DNA of 64,000 nucleotides from Octopus sinensis (Eukaryota). The stretch covers positions 58,838,001 to 58,902,000 of the forward strand of contig NC_042997.1 in assembly GCF_006345805.1 (NCBI RefSeq), read 5' to 3'. Every line of letters begins with the position of its first letter. The stretch's first letter is position 1. The notes under the pieces were generated by a model that worked only from the letters and a program-made list of their open reading frames with translations, was not told the DNA's origin and ran no database searches. The position numbers were made by a program, and so were the translations under genes. Positions 37,841 through 52,624 of the stretch are shown piece after piece.

Positions 37841-38696
37841 CCAAAGTACGTTCTCTTGTTTTCTAGCAGCCACACGTGACTTTTGCGTTCTATAAAAAGG
37901 AACATAAAATATGTGTTCGTTCACTTCGTTTTCAAAAATGATCCTTTCTATTTTTTTATGGCCTTACCTTTCTGTTTGTCGCTTCTTTGTTATTTCCCTG
38001 TTAAGCAAATTGAAACGAATGGGAGGAAAATGAAGACAATAAAATTGAAGATATTTGAAATATGGAATTTTTTTGAAAGGGGTTTTGTTTTTTGCTTTTT
38101 TTTGTTTGCTTTTTACAGACAATGACACATTTACCATACTTGCGAAATAAAAGACTTTCTAGTGGATCATAATTAGATTTATTACACTCGAGGGATGCAC
38201 TCAGATAGGTATCTAACAAACCACGGTTAGTTTCACGTTTCCTTTTTCGTACGAATTTTTTTCCCGCATTTTCTCTTGGTGCTGCAAGTTTTTAACACGA
38301 TTCGTTCAGATCTAACAAGATTTACAAATTGAAATCAATGATTCGAACGTATTGTTCCTGTTAGTATGGTATTGATTAATGAATAATAAATAATGTGTTT
38401 GCATTTCTTTGGGCTGCTACTTGTAAAAGGTTGAAACCACATAGAAACACCATGCTGTAATCACCGAAACTCTATAAAAATGATAAGAAATGGAATTTTA
38501 TATTTACGCGGTAGACTATGATAATTAATTCAGTTTGATTAATCCTGGCAATCACTTAAATAGAATGATGGTTTATATATAAAATAATTTTATATTCTGT
38601 ATAAAATTGTTGAGTTCATTATAGTTTATGTAGGGTATCGACTGCTAAGTCGCTTCCATCTAGTACACGTGGTCAAGTCAAATGCGTTTAAGAACA

Positions 38697-39066
38697 TGGC
38701 ATGAAGCTTGATTCCCAGCCACATGATCGCAGGTTCAATCCCGCTGAGAGGCACGTTGGGCAAGTGTCTTCTACTATAGCCTCGGGCCAACCAAAGTTTT
38801 GTGAGTGGATTTGGCAGGCGGAAACTGAAAGAAGCCTGTCGAGTGTGTGCGTGCGCGCCCGCATGTGCGTAAGTGTGTGTGTGTTTGTCCTTCATTCGCC
38901 GCTTGACGACCGGTGTTAGTGTGTTTAAGTCCCCATAACTTAGCGGTTCGGCAAAAGATACCGATTGAATAAGTAAGACCTGGGGTCGATTTGTTCGCCT
39001 AAAAGCCTCCAGGCGGAGCTGCAGCATGGCTGCAATCAAATGACTGAAACAAGTAAAAGAATAAAA

Positions 39067-39129
<63 letters not shown>

Positions 39130-39514
39130 CGCAGGAGCGGCTGTGTGGTAAGTAGCTTGCACTTACCAACCACATGGTTCCGTGGCATTGGCACCTTGGA
39201 CAAGTGTCTTCTACTATAGCCTCGGGCCGACCAAAGCCTTGTGAGTGGATTTGGTAGAATGAAACTGAAAGAAGCCCGTCGTATATATGTACGTGTACAT
39301 GTATGTGTGTGTGTGTTTGTGTGTCTGTGTTTGTCCCCCAACATCGCTTGACAACCGATACTGGTGTGTTTACGTCCCCGTAACATAGCTGTTCGGTAAA
39401 AGTGATCGATAGAATAAGTACTGGGCTTACAAAGAATAAGTCCTGGGGTCGATTTGCAACATTTGACTGCATGGCCGCAGTCAAATGACTGAAACAAGTA
39501 AAAGAATAAAAGAG

Positions 39515-39515
<1 letters not shown>
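38697..39515 (+). mobile_element. Two head-to-tail family A SINEs (38697-39069 and 39128-39515) separated by (AT)n
   Basis: Two bodies, each ending gtcaaatgactgaaacaagtaaaagaataaaag or a close variant. Confidence 0.9.
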
Positions 39516-39549
<34 letters not shown>

Positions 39550-40561
39550 TATATATATATATATATATTATATATATATATATATATATATGCCGTGAAT
39601 AACTTTTTATGCGTACCTTAAATAAACATACACTTATACTCTTCGTGAAAGTAGTTACAACTAAGCTGTTCACAAGTGTCCACAAACACGCTGTCCCAGA
39701 ACATGGATATGTATGTGTGTGTGTGTGTGTGTGTTTATGTGTGTATACATACTTATATACACATACACATACGCTCGCACACATATATATATAATATATA
39801 CACATACATATATGTGTATATGTACATACGTGTGTATACATGCAGACATACACGTATTGCGTACATACTTTTAATTACTTTACATCGATGAAACATTATT
39901 TCTTATTGTTGTTCAATACCTTTGAAATATTCAGAATTCAAAATCCATGCTAAAAATATCTTCCCTCTCCTGTTACTATATGAATCAAGCAGATAACACT
40001 CTATGTTTTATATTTTTACATCCTATTTAGTGTTAAATACAATATTTAGTCTGTTCATAGGCAGAACTGTTTCGATATTACAGATTTTTATCGATGTAAA
40101 GTAATTTAAAGTTGCATTAGTTATATCATTTTGGGGAAGATTTCAGAAAGATATAAACCCAAAGTGACCGTGATAGGTAAGTAGATTTCATAAAAATATG
40201 CATGTTTCATACTACATATCAGATCAGAGAAAGAACAAAATACATTTAGATACGTGTTTATCTACGTTGAAAGATCCCAATCTACTTTCTTCTGATGACG
40301 TTGATAAGAGGTCGTTTTTGAATAGTGCTCATATTTTCATGGGAAAGATTTTGAGTCCAATTACTTTGGATAATTGTTTGTTTGTGTGTGAATGTGTCTG
40401 TGTGTGTGTGCGAGTGTACGTGTGAGTGTGCGCTTGAGTGTGGATGAGTGTGCGTGTATGTACATGCGTATGAGGGCGCGTAGTCTAGTAATTAAGACGT
40501 TCGGTTCACAGTCATGATGTTGTATGTTAGGTTCTGGATCTAGTAGTGCATTGTTGCCCTC

Positions 40562-40867
40562 GTGGTGGCACATAGCCTAGTGGTTAGAGCAGCGGACTCG
40601 CGGTCGAGGGATCGCGGTTTCGAATCTCAGACCGGGCGATGTGTGTGTTTATGAGCGAAACACCTAGGCTCCACGCGGCTCCGGCAGAAGGTAATGGCGA
40701 ACTTCTGCTGACTCTTTCGCCACAACTTTCTCTCACTCTTTCCTCCTGCATCTTGCAGCTCACCTGCGACGGACCGGCGTCCCGTCCAGGTGAGGAACCT
40801 ATACGCCAAGGAAACTGGGAAACCGGCCCTTATGAGCCAGGTGTGGCTCGAGAAGGAACAAACAACA
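40562..40867 (+). mobile_element. tRNA-SINE family C inserted in an older SINE
   Basis: Intact A and B boxes; flanked by ATTGTTGCCCT at 40550-40560 and 40887-40897. Confidence 0.92.
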
Positions 40868-41414
40868 GTTCCTTGTAAAGCATGAAATTGTTGCCCTTGA
40901 ACAAGGGACTTCACATTCCTTCAGACTACGCCAAGTCACTCATATGTTTATCTGTTTGGTTTTCCACCAGAATTAAGAGATAATGTTCGCTCACAATCAA
41001 AAATGTGCAAGCAATAAAAAAATTCCTTTCGTGCTGCTAGGATTTCAGTCACATAATAAACACACTTCTAACTGGTTGTTGAGTTTCTTTGCAAGAGAAC
41101 GAAACCACGAGGGAAATGTATTCCCTTTCATGCTAGTTCTCGTGTTAGTATATTAAATTAATAGAAGACACCATATTTTTTTTCTATTTAATTTAGTCTC
41201 AACTAAAACAATATACGTGTGAGTGCATGTAGGTGAGCGTGTTTGTGTGTGTGTGTATGTATGTATTCTTGTGCATGTCTCTGCATATATACATACACAT
41301 ATATTTACATATATATATATATATATATACGTACATTTTATACATGCACTTATCTACATAGATAGATACATACATATATACATGCATGCATACATACATA
41401 CATACATACATACA

Positions 41415-41446
<32 letters not shown>

Positions 41447-41458
41447 CATATTCATATA

Positions 41459-41496
<38 letters not shown>

Positions 41497-42967
41497 GGTG
41501 AGACGCCATTTGTAATTAGCCGTCTATAAAATATACTGACACAATTTTATCAGAAGGCAATAAGGAATTATAGAAAAGAGATGGATGCTGATGCACATGA
41601 AGGCAAAAATATATCATCGCCCATTCTTCTAATTTAATTTCTTTCTCGATTGATACTGATATAGACTATCGGTTTGTTTATTGTTGTTATTGATTAACCT
41701 TATTTGTTAAGTTCAGAAACAGCTATAGCAGTCATATCTCTTTTGCTTATTTCCGTCCTGTACTGTGCTGAGCGTCATTTCGTCTGCGGGCGGTTTTAGT
41801 AACCAATCGGTTTTTCTATCGTCGCTCATATCTTTTCCATTTCTGAAAAAAAAACCGAGTTTGTGAGTGGTCCACCAAAATACCTTTACATAGTGGAACT
41901 TAAGCGATTCCGATTGAAAGAGAGAGAAAGAAGTATTGATCTTGACTGATACTTTATTTATCTATCCCACAGCTTGGCAGAATTTGAACCCAGAGCTCGT
42001 AAACTCAGCACAAATACTTACAAAGAACCCAACTCTTTCAGAAATTCTGCTAAATCACCACATTGTCAGCGGAAGAAAATAAATATATTATCGATTTCTA
42101 ACATAGACAATAGGCCGTCAATTCGAGGTAGAAGTAGAGTCGATTAATAACAATAACAATATTTCACTAACAATTGTTTTTTTAACAACTAAGGGTAACA
42201 GTAGGGCCGACCTCGGTGAGGTTTAAACACAGTAAAAGGCGATAAACACATGCGGCAAAATATTTTGGTCGACGTTTTCATAATACTTCCAATCAACTGC
42301 GGTGTTCGGTAAATTATGAAAAGATAATGAATGTTACAGGATTTATTATAACGCAATAATACCACCTAGATAAATACAATATCATTAGAATTGAATTCTT
42401 TAATAAAAATAATTCTATAATAATTCAGTAAAGGAATATACAAGAGAAAAAATTCATAATTTATGCGCTATCAATGTATAAATAGATTAATCAAATATAA
42501 GAGCAATAACCCAATAAAACTTAGAAATTCAACGTACATGATGCTTGTAGGTAACACGTAATAGTATGTTTATAAAATGTTCCGACCTTTAACGAAAATA
42601 AAATTGAAAGTGAAGATATGTGATATAAATAACACTGTTCCTTTTTGGAAGAATTGCCTGAATGTACCACACTGAAGATACAGCGACTTTCTCCGTATAA
42701 TATGAGTTAAAATTCCGTTGTGTTACCTCTGTTATATCTCTGGCTCTCCACAAGTAAAGGCGTAAAATCCAATTTAAATTCATATAAGCATGGTTGCGCT
42801 GTTGCGTGGATAAACAGGAAATATATTTACTGCTTTACAGAGCCTACAAAGTCTTTTCGAAAGAAAGTGTTAAAATGACAACTCTGTATGTTCAGAGTAA
42901 CTCGAAAAGTGTTCTTCTCTCTTAACATTACTCTCGAAGAAACATAAAGTAAAGAAGCATGCACATA

Positions 42968-43388
42968 GGCTTAGGAGCGGTTGTGTGGTAAGTAGCTTGT
43001 TTATGAACCACATGGATCCGGGTTCATTCCCACTGCGTGGCACCTTGGGCAAGTGTCTTCTACTATAGCTTCGGGCCGACCAAAGCCTTGTGAGTGGATT
43101 TAGTAGACGGAAACTGAAAGAAGCCCGTCGTATATATGTATATATATATATGTATGTGTATGTATATATGTTTGTGTGTCTGAGTTTGTCCCCCCAACAT
43201 CGCTTGACAACCGATGCTAGTGTGTTTACCTCCCCGTAACTTAACGGTTCGGCAAAAGAGACCGATAGAATAAGTGCTAGGCTTACAAAGAATAAGTCCT
43301 GGGGTCGATTTGTTCGACTAAAGGTGGTGCTCCAGCATGGCCACAGTCAAATGACTGAAACAAATAAAAGAATAAAAGAATAAAAGAA
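42968..43388 (+). mobile_element. tRNA-SINE family A, full length
   Basis: Complete head, internal microsatellite, 3' half and (aataaaag)n tail. Confidence 0.93.
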
Positions 43389-44889
43389 CTCTTCTTTAAT
43401 TAAATTCGAGTGCTACCACACAATTACTCTCCAAAATACATTTGAAAGCTTCAGTAAAGGCATAAGCCGAAGCATCAGTCAATGCCATTTGACAAGTTGA
43501 CTTCGAAATGTTAATACATAGCACCTCGGCGTCACAACTCCAATCTGGTTACAAGTTTTTTAACCATATATATAAATAGCTGAATGTTGCTAGACGAACG
43601 CAGATGATGTGTTGGAATAACAAGTTGACCATAAAATTTTATTTAATGTGAGTGAACCAGCAAGCCGTTGGTTTCTGTCTCTGCTATTTTTGTTATTGAT
43701 CGCTTCCGAATCTTAAATTGTCTAAACGTTGATATTTGTTTTAAGCTTTAATACTGAATTATGGCTTATAATTGTCTATTAAGATTGGTTTCATAGTCAT
43801 TCTATGTAAAATAGTCGTGTTTCTTATCTCTTCCAACTTGTTTTCTCGTTGTCGGTATATTCTCTGGTCCTCCCGGGCGAATCGACGAGTAGAGTGTCAG
43901 TCAGTCCTCATTTCTGCGGAATACCTCCTCATCTGCCGTGAGACTATTGGGCGGCTTTTATGCTACCTCCTGTGGGGGGGGCTCTTCATTGGGACTCGGG
44001 CCCAACAATGACACTTCATGCATTGAGTACATATTAAATTTTATTTAACTTGACAATAATTTTGAAGCAATGAACAATATTCATCAAAACAATGATATAA
44101 TTTGTCGACTCGGAACTTATTGCAAAACTGCATGATAAACAATATTTTTGTCTTCCCATTCGGGGGTCAATACAATTTTTTCTATCTAACTTCTTTCTTT
44201 CTCTTTCTCTTTTTCTGCTGATTGTTTTCAACCATCACCATCACCGTACCACCACCATCGCCATCATAACTGCCATACACACACCATTCAGACTTCTGAT
44301 GCCACCACCATCAATACGTTTGGCTTCGCTGCCTTCCCCTCCACCACCATCACCATCACCACTGTCTTTCACCTTGCTTACTATCACCGTCATCCCTGAC
44401 CGCCTCGGCTACTACCACCACTACCACCATCATCACAGTCGCCTCCGCCTCTATCACAACTACATCTCATACTATTACTAACACCTCTTTACTATCACAA
44501 CCGTCAATCTACTACTACCCTCACCGTCTCTATGCCTACTATTACTCTCACCCATCATGAGGAATAGTAGAAATGTCATTGAATAGTGAGAGAGGGGGTC
44601 AAAATGTGATACACTGACACAGAGAAATTCGTTTGGCATTTATTATTATAGATATATATAAATCTTGCTATCTATACATGTGTGCGCATGTGTGTATGTT
44701 TGTGTATGCATACAGAAATATGTGTGTGTGTGTGTGTATGTGTGTACATGGTCTAGTGGTTATGACATTGAGCTCATGATCATCGTGAAGTCTTGGTCTC
44801 AGTTTCTGCCCTACATTTCACGTTGCACCAGAAATCTGTACCAATGAAGTGCTGGAGGATGAGCAAGCAGGACCATCAGAGTTTATTAA

Positions 44890-45440
44890 AGCGCGACACA
44901 AAATGTTTGCTACTATTAGATGAAATGGTGCTCATAGGTAATTTGGGAGCGCTGATTCCAATCTGCAATCATTTTTGCTCTTGCACATCATGTTTTTGCG
45001 CTATCATTATTATACTGCAATCAAAATTACAATAATGTGAAAATTCATGACAAATAAAATGAATGTTATGTTAAGCGTAAATTACCGTTATTTGGCATAA
45101 GAACAATAGCATCTAGGTGGACAAGTAGCTCTAAAAATCAACAAAACACAAAACAAAAGTGTAAAGTCAACATTATTAATTTTCTGTTTTTCAAAAATAG
45201 CTTTGGCGTCTTCTTTTACGCTTATGTTTCATGTCCGTTTCTCATTTTAAAAACCAGCAGTTGTCCGCCAGCATACTTGGTGTAAGTCTACCACTGTAGC
45301 GGCTTTCTAGCTCTTTGATTTCTTGATGAAATCGTTCACCATGCTCATTGCTTACATCACCCATATTGGGTGGGAAAAAGTCAAGATGAGAATGGAGAAA
45401 ATGAATTTTTAGAAACATTAGGGGCCTGCGAAAAAACACA
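44890..45440 (-). mobile_element. Chapaev3-like transposon 3' remnant
   Basis: LKIHFLHSHLDFFPPNMGDVSNEHGERFHQEIKELESRYSG...MLADNCWFLK; subterminal motif resembling 30301-30365. Confidence 0.82.
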
Positions 45441-45559
45441 GAATCGAATCAAACTGTTTGAAATAATACATTTAACTCCTACTAAATGTGTTGAGTACCC
45501 TTTTCTTTCATTTGTCCACTCATTTGTATTTATTTATTTATATATTTATTTACATAAAC

Positions 45560-46058
45560 ACTCAGAGACATAAATACATATTTATGTACGTATTTACGTA
45601 CGTATACATAACGTATATATTCATATCTATAGACATATCTATATATACAGACACACACGCACACATGTATATATATGCATACACATGCACAAATACATGC
45701 TCGTATACATACATATCTACAAACACGCATACATGCAAACATGCATACAAACATACATACATGGATACATACATACATACATACATACATACACACACAC
45801 ATACATACATACACATACATAATGCATAAATTCATACATACATAAATACATACATACATACATCCATACATACATGCAGCCATACATACATACATCCATA
45901 CATACATTCATACATACATGTATACATGCATACATGCATGCATACATGCATACATGCATACTTGCATACATACATACATACATACATACATACATACATA
46001 CATACACATACATACATACATACATACATACATACATACATGCATGCATACATACATA
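45560..46058. repeat. Degenerate (ATAC)n/(ATGC)n microsatellite
   Basis: Directly visible. Confidence 0.93.
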
Positions 46059-46647
46059 CTTGAAGACGGATGATTTAGTGGTTAGCCTGTTGGGATAATG
46101 ATCATAAAGTTGTAGACTAGATTACTAGACTCGTTAGCAAGTTGTGTCTTTGAGAATCATTTCATTTCAAGTTGCTGCGATCTTCTCATCTGGAAACTAG
46201 TTGTCTAGAGATGGAGCTGTCCATCCCCCCCCACCTGGCACTTCTTGGTGTTTCACTGGATCAGGGGACGGGGAGATCAAGAGGTTGTCTACGTCTGCAA
46301 GTGACTACATAGGCAATAACAAAAGTATCATACATGTTATTGTATTATTTCTTTAATATAATAAAGTGTTTTTGAAGCAATTTGGCTGTTGTTCTTGGCG
46401 GGTGCATTAATCAACTAGAAGCTCCTTCAAATGTTGCTTTGAGCGCTGATTCAACGACCATATGACCTAATTGCTAATGACAAATTCTTCGTTTTCATTC
46501 CGTTATAATCATCCACTGATCGGTTGATGGTATCATTCTTGTTGAGCAGCAGTCCGTAATTGAAAAACCAAATCTAATCAATATTGACATCTCACTAAGC
46601 ACAAGGAATATTTTTAAAAAGGTTAATTTATTATAGTTAGCAAACTA

Positions 46648-47107
46648 CAGGCGTAGCAAGAAGGATGTGAAAGCGGTTTGATGTCACTATATTTCAGCAA
46701 GGAATTATTATTATTTTTAGAAAGGAGAGCAGGTTCACTCTCTGAGCTTTAACAGATGTAATCGTGCAAGGAACATTGACTATTCTAAAATGAAAGGCCC
46801 AGTTTTTAATAATAATAATAATAATAATAATATATATATATAATATATATATATATATAATAATATATTATATATATATATATATATATAAACATGTTCA
46901 AATGCTTTGCTAACACGCTTTTGAAATGCGAGAACTACCGAGAGAAATGTGATTTTTGCTTGACCTTCATTTTCATTTACACATAGTTGAGAGGTTGGAA
47001 GTGGGGACAACATTTCTCTGGCCTAGTATATCTATTTTTTAAAAAAATGATAGGATCGCGAAAAGCGCCCTTTCCTCCGGGCGCTGAGAACATTTGCTAC
47101 GACACAG
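46648..47107. mobile_element. Possible decayed hAT-like MITE
   Basis: caggcgtagcaa ... ttgctacgacacag inverted ends; no convincing TSD. Confidence 0.3.
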
Positions 47108-47546
47108 TAACTAACTCTGTCCCGCGTGCAATACTGGTACGTATTTTATGAATGACAAAATAAAATTTTCGGTGACATTTACATTCAGAAATACGAGAGA
47201 TCGAATAATATATCAAAACACTAAGTAGTTGTTTAATCACCTAGAAATTTCACCTAAATGTCCCGCATATCACACCCTATCGTCTTCAAAAGGGAGAGAA
47301 CACATAAAACAATATAGTCCTAGACGCCTCTTCAAAAGACGGTGTGATCCTACACTGAATACCAGTGAACAGAGGTCAAATCTGTCAGAGTCTAATCACA
47401 ACCAACACGATTATGTAATATGCTGTAACATATACTTCTACACCAACTTCGTCACTTCGGCCATAAACCAAGGGGGCTCACTGTCCGTTACTCAGAGGAA
47501 CGGAAGATGACTAGGTACAATTCCCCGATGAGTAAATTCTTTTTTC

Positions 47547-48352
47547 GGATCTTTTCCTTTTGAACGGCAGTTTGTAACATAATTTCTAGGTAACTAAAAA
47601 GTTTTAAACTTTGTATACTGATAGAATGTGTTTATAAAACATCATTTTCTCTTGGTTTTATTGAGAAAATTCTTTAGTTTGTAAGATATTTCGTCTGAAA
47701 ATCCGAGCATTTCGGCAATTTTAACCAATTGATTACCTCCATTGAACTAAAATTATTTGCTGCGTCTAAAACTGAGACAACATCCTGTCACTAACCCTAA
47801 ACCTCCCCCTAACCCTAACCCTAAACCTAACCCTAATTCTTTTTTCTCTTAATTGTTAAATTAATTTAATTGTTACGCGTGTAAAAAAAACTAAAGCAAT
47901 GGAAAATAATTTAAACAATTAACAAACAAAATAATTCTATAATTTTATACACACGTATACGGAAAGCGTGTGTTACGGAAAGCGTGTGCATAAAATTATA
48001 GAATTATTTTGTTTGTTAATTGTTTAAATTATTTTCCATTACTTTAGTTTTTTTTACACGCGTAACAATTAAATTAATTTAACAAGAAAAAAAAAATTAG
48101 AGTTAGGGGAAGGTTTAGGGTTAGTGACAGGATGTTGTCTCAGTTTTAGATGCAGCAAAGAATTTTAGCTCAAAAGAGAGCATAGGATTGGTTAAAATTC
48201 GAAAAATTAAACTACGTTAATCAAACAAATTACAATTTTCTCAAGAAAGCCAATAGAAGAAAATGTTTTATTTTGACACATTATACCAGTATACGAAGTT
48301 TTAAAGTGTTTAGTTAACTAGAAATTGTCTGCCGTTCAAAAGGAAAAGATCC
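47547..48352. mobile_element. Foldback, MULE-like non-autonomous element
   Basis: Begins ggatcttttccttttgaacggcag and ends ctgccgttcaaaaggaaaagatcc; arms pair almost to the centre (about 47955-47980); flanks cttttttc/tttttttc (7 of 8 bp match). Confidence 0.85.
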
Positions 48353-48759
48353 TTTTTTTCTACTGGTTGAGATCTCCATCGTCCTCAGTCCCTCAAATGC
48401 CGACCACTTTCATAAAATTGTGATGATGTCGCACCTGTTGGAAAAGAGAAAAAAAAAAGACGAACGGCAAGTAAAGCGGTCGATGCAGCAAATATTGATG
48501 ATTGCGCTTTGCGGTAAATTCCTTACAATACTATCCGCAGAGCGTAGGTCAAGAGAAAATGCAGTTTTTACTTGTTTATTTCAATAGAAGACTGGAATAG
48601 CTTGATGAAAAGCCATCAGACAAACTCATTCTTTTACCTTGCAACGTTGAACACATTAAGTGGCAGCAGCCGCGGCAGTAGTGACAACAACGACAAGAAA
48701 ACAGTGTATAATAGACACAAACAATTTTATATTATTGTTGTTATGTAACAGCGGTAACA

Positions 48760-49165
48760 TTAATAAATAAGAAGCAATAATAATAAAAAAAAGCATCAAC
48801 AACAACAAAAACAAACTAAATACAACCAGCAAAACTGCAACTACAATAACAACAAGAGAAACAACAGCAACAGAAACAGCACTTATATCATCATCTTCAT
48901 CATCTTTACCAATATCATCGTCATCACATCATCAGGATTATCATCATCAGCAATATCATTATCATCATCATCATCATCATCGTCGTCGTCGTCATCACAT
49001 CATCAGGATTATCATCATCAGCAACGTCATTATCATCATCATCGTCATCGTCATCAATATTTTTATTATCATTAACATTTTCATTATCATCTTCGACGTC
49101 GTCATCACTATTACTATTACTACTACTACTACTATCACCACCACCACTACCACTACCACTACTGC
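48760..49165. repeat. Degenerate trinucleotide repeats (AAC/ATC/GTC/ACT/ACC)
   Basis: Directly visible. Confidence 0.9.
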
Positions 49166-49416
49166 AAGCATCACTAGCGTTGAGACGATGTGAAAATAAG
49201 AAATGGACTGTTACAGTTGACTGTAAGATTATTGATTGCGATAATAATATTGAGTTTAGAGTAAGAGAGCAAGTAACGAGAAAGAGAGGGAAAATGTAAA
49301 GGAGAGAAAGTGAAAGTAAGAAAGAAAGAAAGAGAAAGTGGAATAAAATTTTAGAGGGAGAAGGGGAGTGACATTCTAATGATAGTATTGGGAGGAAAGT
49401 AAAAGGGATATATATA

Positions 49417-49452
<36 letters not shown>

Positions 49453-49494
49453 TGTATGTATGTATGTATGTATGTATGTATGTATGTATGTGTG

Positions 49495-49679
49495 TATATG
49501 TTTGTGCGTCTGTATTTGTCCCCTCAATATCGCTTGACAACCGATGCTGGTGTGTTTACGTCCTCGTAACTTAACGCTTACAAAGAATAAGTCCTGCGGT
49601 CGATTTACTCGAACAGGCGGTGCTCCAGCATGGCCACAGTCAAATGACTGAAATAAGTAAAAGAGTAAAAAGAGAGAGT
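49495..49679 (+). mobile_element. tRNA-SINE family A, 3' half
   Basis: atcgcttgacaaccgatgctgg...gctccagcatggccacagtcaaatgactgaaa. Confidence 0.85.
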
Positions 49680-49713
49680 ATATATATATATGTATATATA
49701 TACATAATGTATG

Positions 49714-49758
<45 letters not shown>

Positions 49759-52448
49759 GTCTGTGCGCGTATAACAAAAGTAATATTTGAGGATGGGCAA
49801 AGACGGAGAGAGAGAGAGCGATTACTATGGTCATATTGAGATGTGTAGGAAGGAAGTAACACATACACACATCAGACACGTCAAACACAAAGTAACATTC
49901 AGTACGCATACATTTATGAGAAATAAATGGATAGAGAGTGGATGTGTAAGTGGGAGGATGAAATTGAACGAAGTTAAATGAATGGAAAGTACAAACAGAA
50001 GAGCAAGGTAAAAAAAAAAAATTAAGAAAAAGTAGGAATTAAAAGGGGATAACATTTTTGAATGCTTATGAAATATTTTACGTCAATTCAGATAAATGGA
50101 AACTGCATATTCAGTTATTAAATACGAATATTAAGACACTCTTCAGTCTTTCTAACAACTCTCTCCTCTCCTCTCCTTTCCTTTCTCTCTTTCTCCCTCC
50201 CTCTTTTTGAATGCCACTGGCTCCTCTTTCAATACATACACGCACACACTATATAATATGTGTGTGTGTATTTATATATATATATGTGTGTGCATAATGT
50301 ATATATCTTCTCTTTAGATTTACATAGCATTCACGCCTTTACCAGATGTTACCTAACCACGATGCCACCATATCATTTATGTTCTCTTTGTTTACTTTTT
50401 TTTTTTTCCTTTTTTGTGAGGGGATATTCTTTTTATTAGAGGTCACTTCCAACGTGGCAGGAAGCAAGCAGTGATAAAACAGACCTCAAACAACCACTGA
50501 CTATGTTGGGAGCTATGAAAGAAACAGAAATGAGATGGGGAAAAATCAAAAAGGAGAGGGAAAAAAAATCTAATTCAAAGCTAACCTAAGAAACAAAATG
50601 ACCGACACGAGATTTAAAGAATTACGATCGGTTTTATCTGGGAAATAAGAAGAAAATCTTTCAAGCTGCTCCATTTATAGAACACTTGTATAAGCTCGCG
50701 CGCGCATTCGTTCGCACACACACACATACACATACTCAAGTATTTATGAACAATATTTATTTATAGAAATATATTCATATATACACGCACACAAGCGATA
50801 TTACACACACGTGATATTATACGTCTGATGATGTAAGATTATAAGGCACATACACTGAAATGCGAGCGACTGACTGCTTGCATGGAAATGCACCATCTGC
50901 ACATCAATCCTTGAAACAGCTGTAAGGAGCTACCAGGTCATTTCTTTCTTCTCATCTACCTTTGGATTCTACTTACGATGACCAGATTTACCTGCTATCT
51001 AATATCACTAATATGGACTTATCTTATAACCGTTTCAGGGACATACCAATATATATCACAATCATTATGAACATTCTTCAAATAATGACTTCTTGCGATC
51101 TGAACTCTAGTAACATTCATTTCTACCCTCAAGTTTTTCAAATGTGTGCGCGTGTATGTATGCATATATATATATATATATATATATATAAATGCATATA
51201 CACACTCACCCACACATATATGTACATCACATATATACACAGCTGTGCACAAATACATTAATGTCATAATCTGACCTAATTCCATTTGTCTGCCTGTTTA
51301 TGCCTTCATTCTATTATGCATACATACATACATACATACACACATACATACACACATACATACATACATACATACATACATACATACATACATACATACA
51401 CACACACACATACATACATACATACATACATACATACATACATACATACATGCATACATACATACATTTATGTACATATCCTTAAGTTTGGATATACGAT
51501 TTAACGAAACGGAGGTAAAGTAATATCTTCACATGACGTACTTCTACTACTGCTGCGCGAGACTCCAAAACGCTCTCTGTCGTCATCAACGATAAACGTT
51601 ATTCTTTATAAGAGTTTCGACGAGTCCATCTTTTAAACACACAGGTGTGTTAATGTCTATCACCACAATACATACATACATAAACATACATACTTGCATA
51701 CACACACGCGCACACACATATATGTACATCACACATATACACACCTGTGCACAAATCTAGATATGTGCGAATACAAATTTATATACGTACAGGCGTATAT
51801 ATTAGTAATAGAAATATGGCAGAGGGAAAATTACATCAAAGCAGTGTTCTTCGTAATAAATACATATACATTAGAGTCTTATATAGTTAATACACGGAGT
51901 TTAAAAACGTCTGTCAGTGGAAATTATCCCTGCAATTGGTACAGAATAAATTTCTTGTGGTTTCACACAACAGAAAAAGCAATAGATATGGCTCCAGTGA
52001 CGTTCGTTCATTAACATTTTACACAATATATTAATAGATATAGATTATAGGTTGGAGTGGATCAGGTTTTTAAAGCCAATAGGCGAATACAACCGTCATG
52101 CTTCGATCTTATTAGGCCTCACCAGCGAAGTATATTCTACATGGTTATTAATCGTATATAGTCCAAATACATGCATGCATACACACACACGCACACATAC
52201 ACACACATATATACGTACATATATATAAAGTATGTATGCATATATATAAGAATGTATGTATATATATATATATATATATATTCTTTTATTTGTTTCAGTC
52301 ATTTGCTGGAGCACCGCCTTTCATTCAGTATCATCCAGTCTGCTATAATAAATCCATATATATACGTACTCATATATACGTACATATATTTAAAGTATGT
52401 ATGCATATATATAAGAATGTATATATATATATTATATATATTATATAT

Positions 52449-52566
<118 letters not shown>

Positions 52567-52578
52567 AACATATATATG

Positions 52579-52624
<46 letters not shown>

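Noticed and set aside
42340-42830. Possible minus-strand GIY-YIG remnant (NSVIYIT)
   Set aside because: A single weak motif; not enough to call.
47791-47836. TAACCC repeats as a chromosome end or fusion scar
   Set aside because: Short, degenerate and mirrored in both arms of a transposon.
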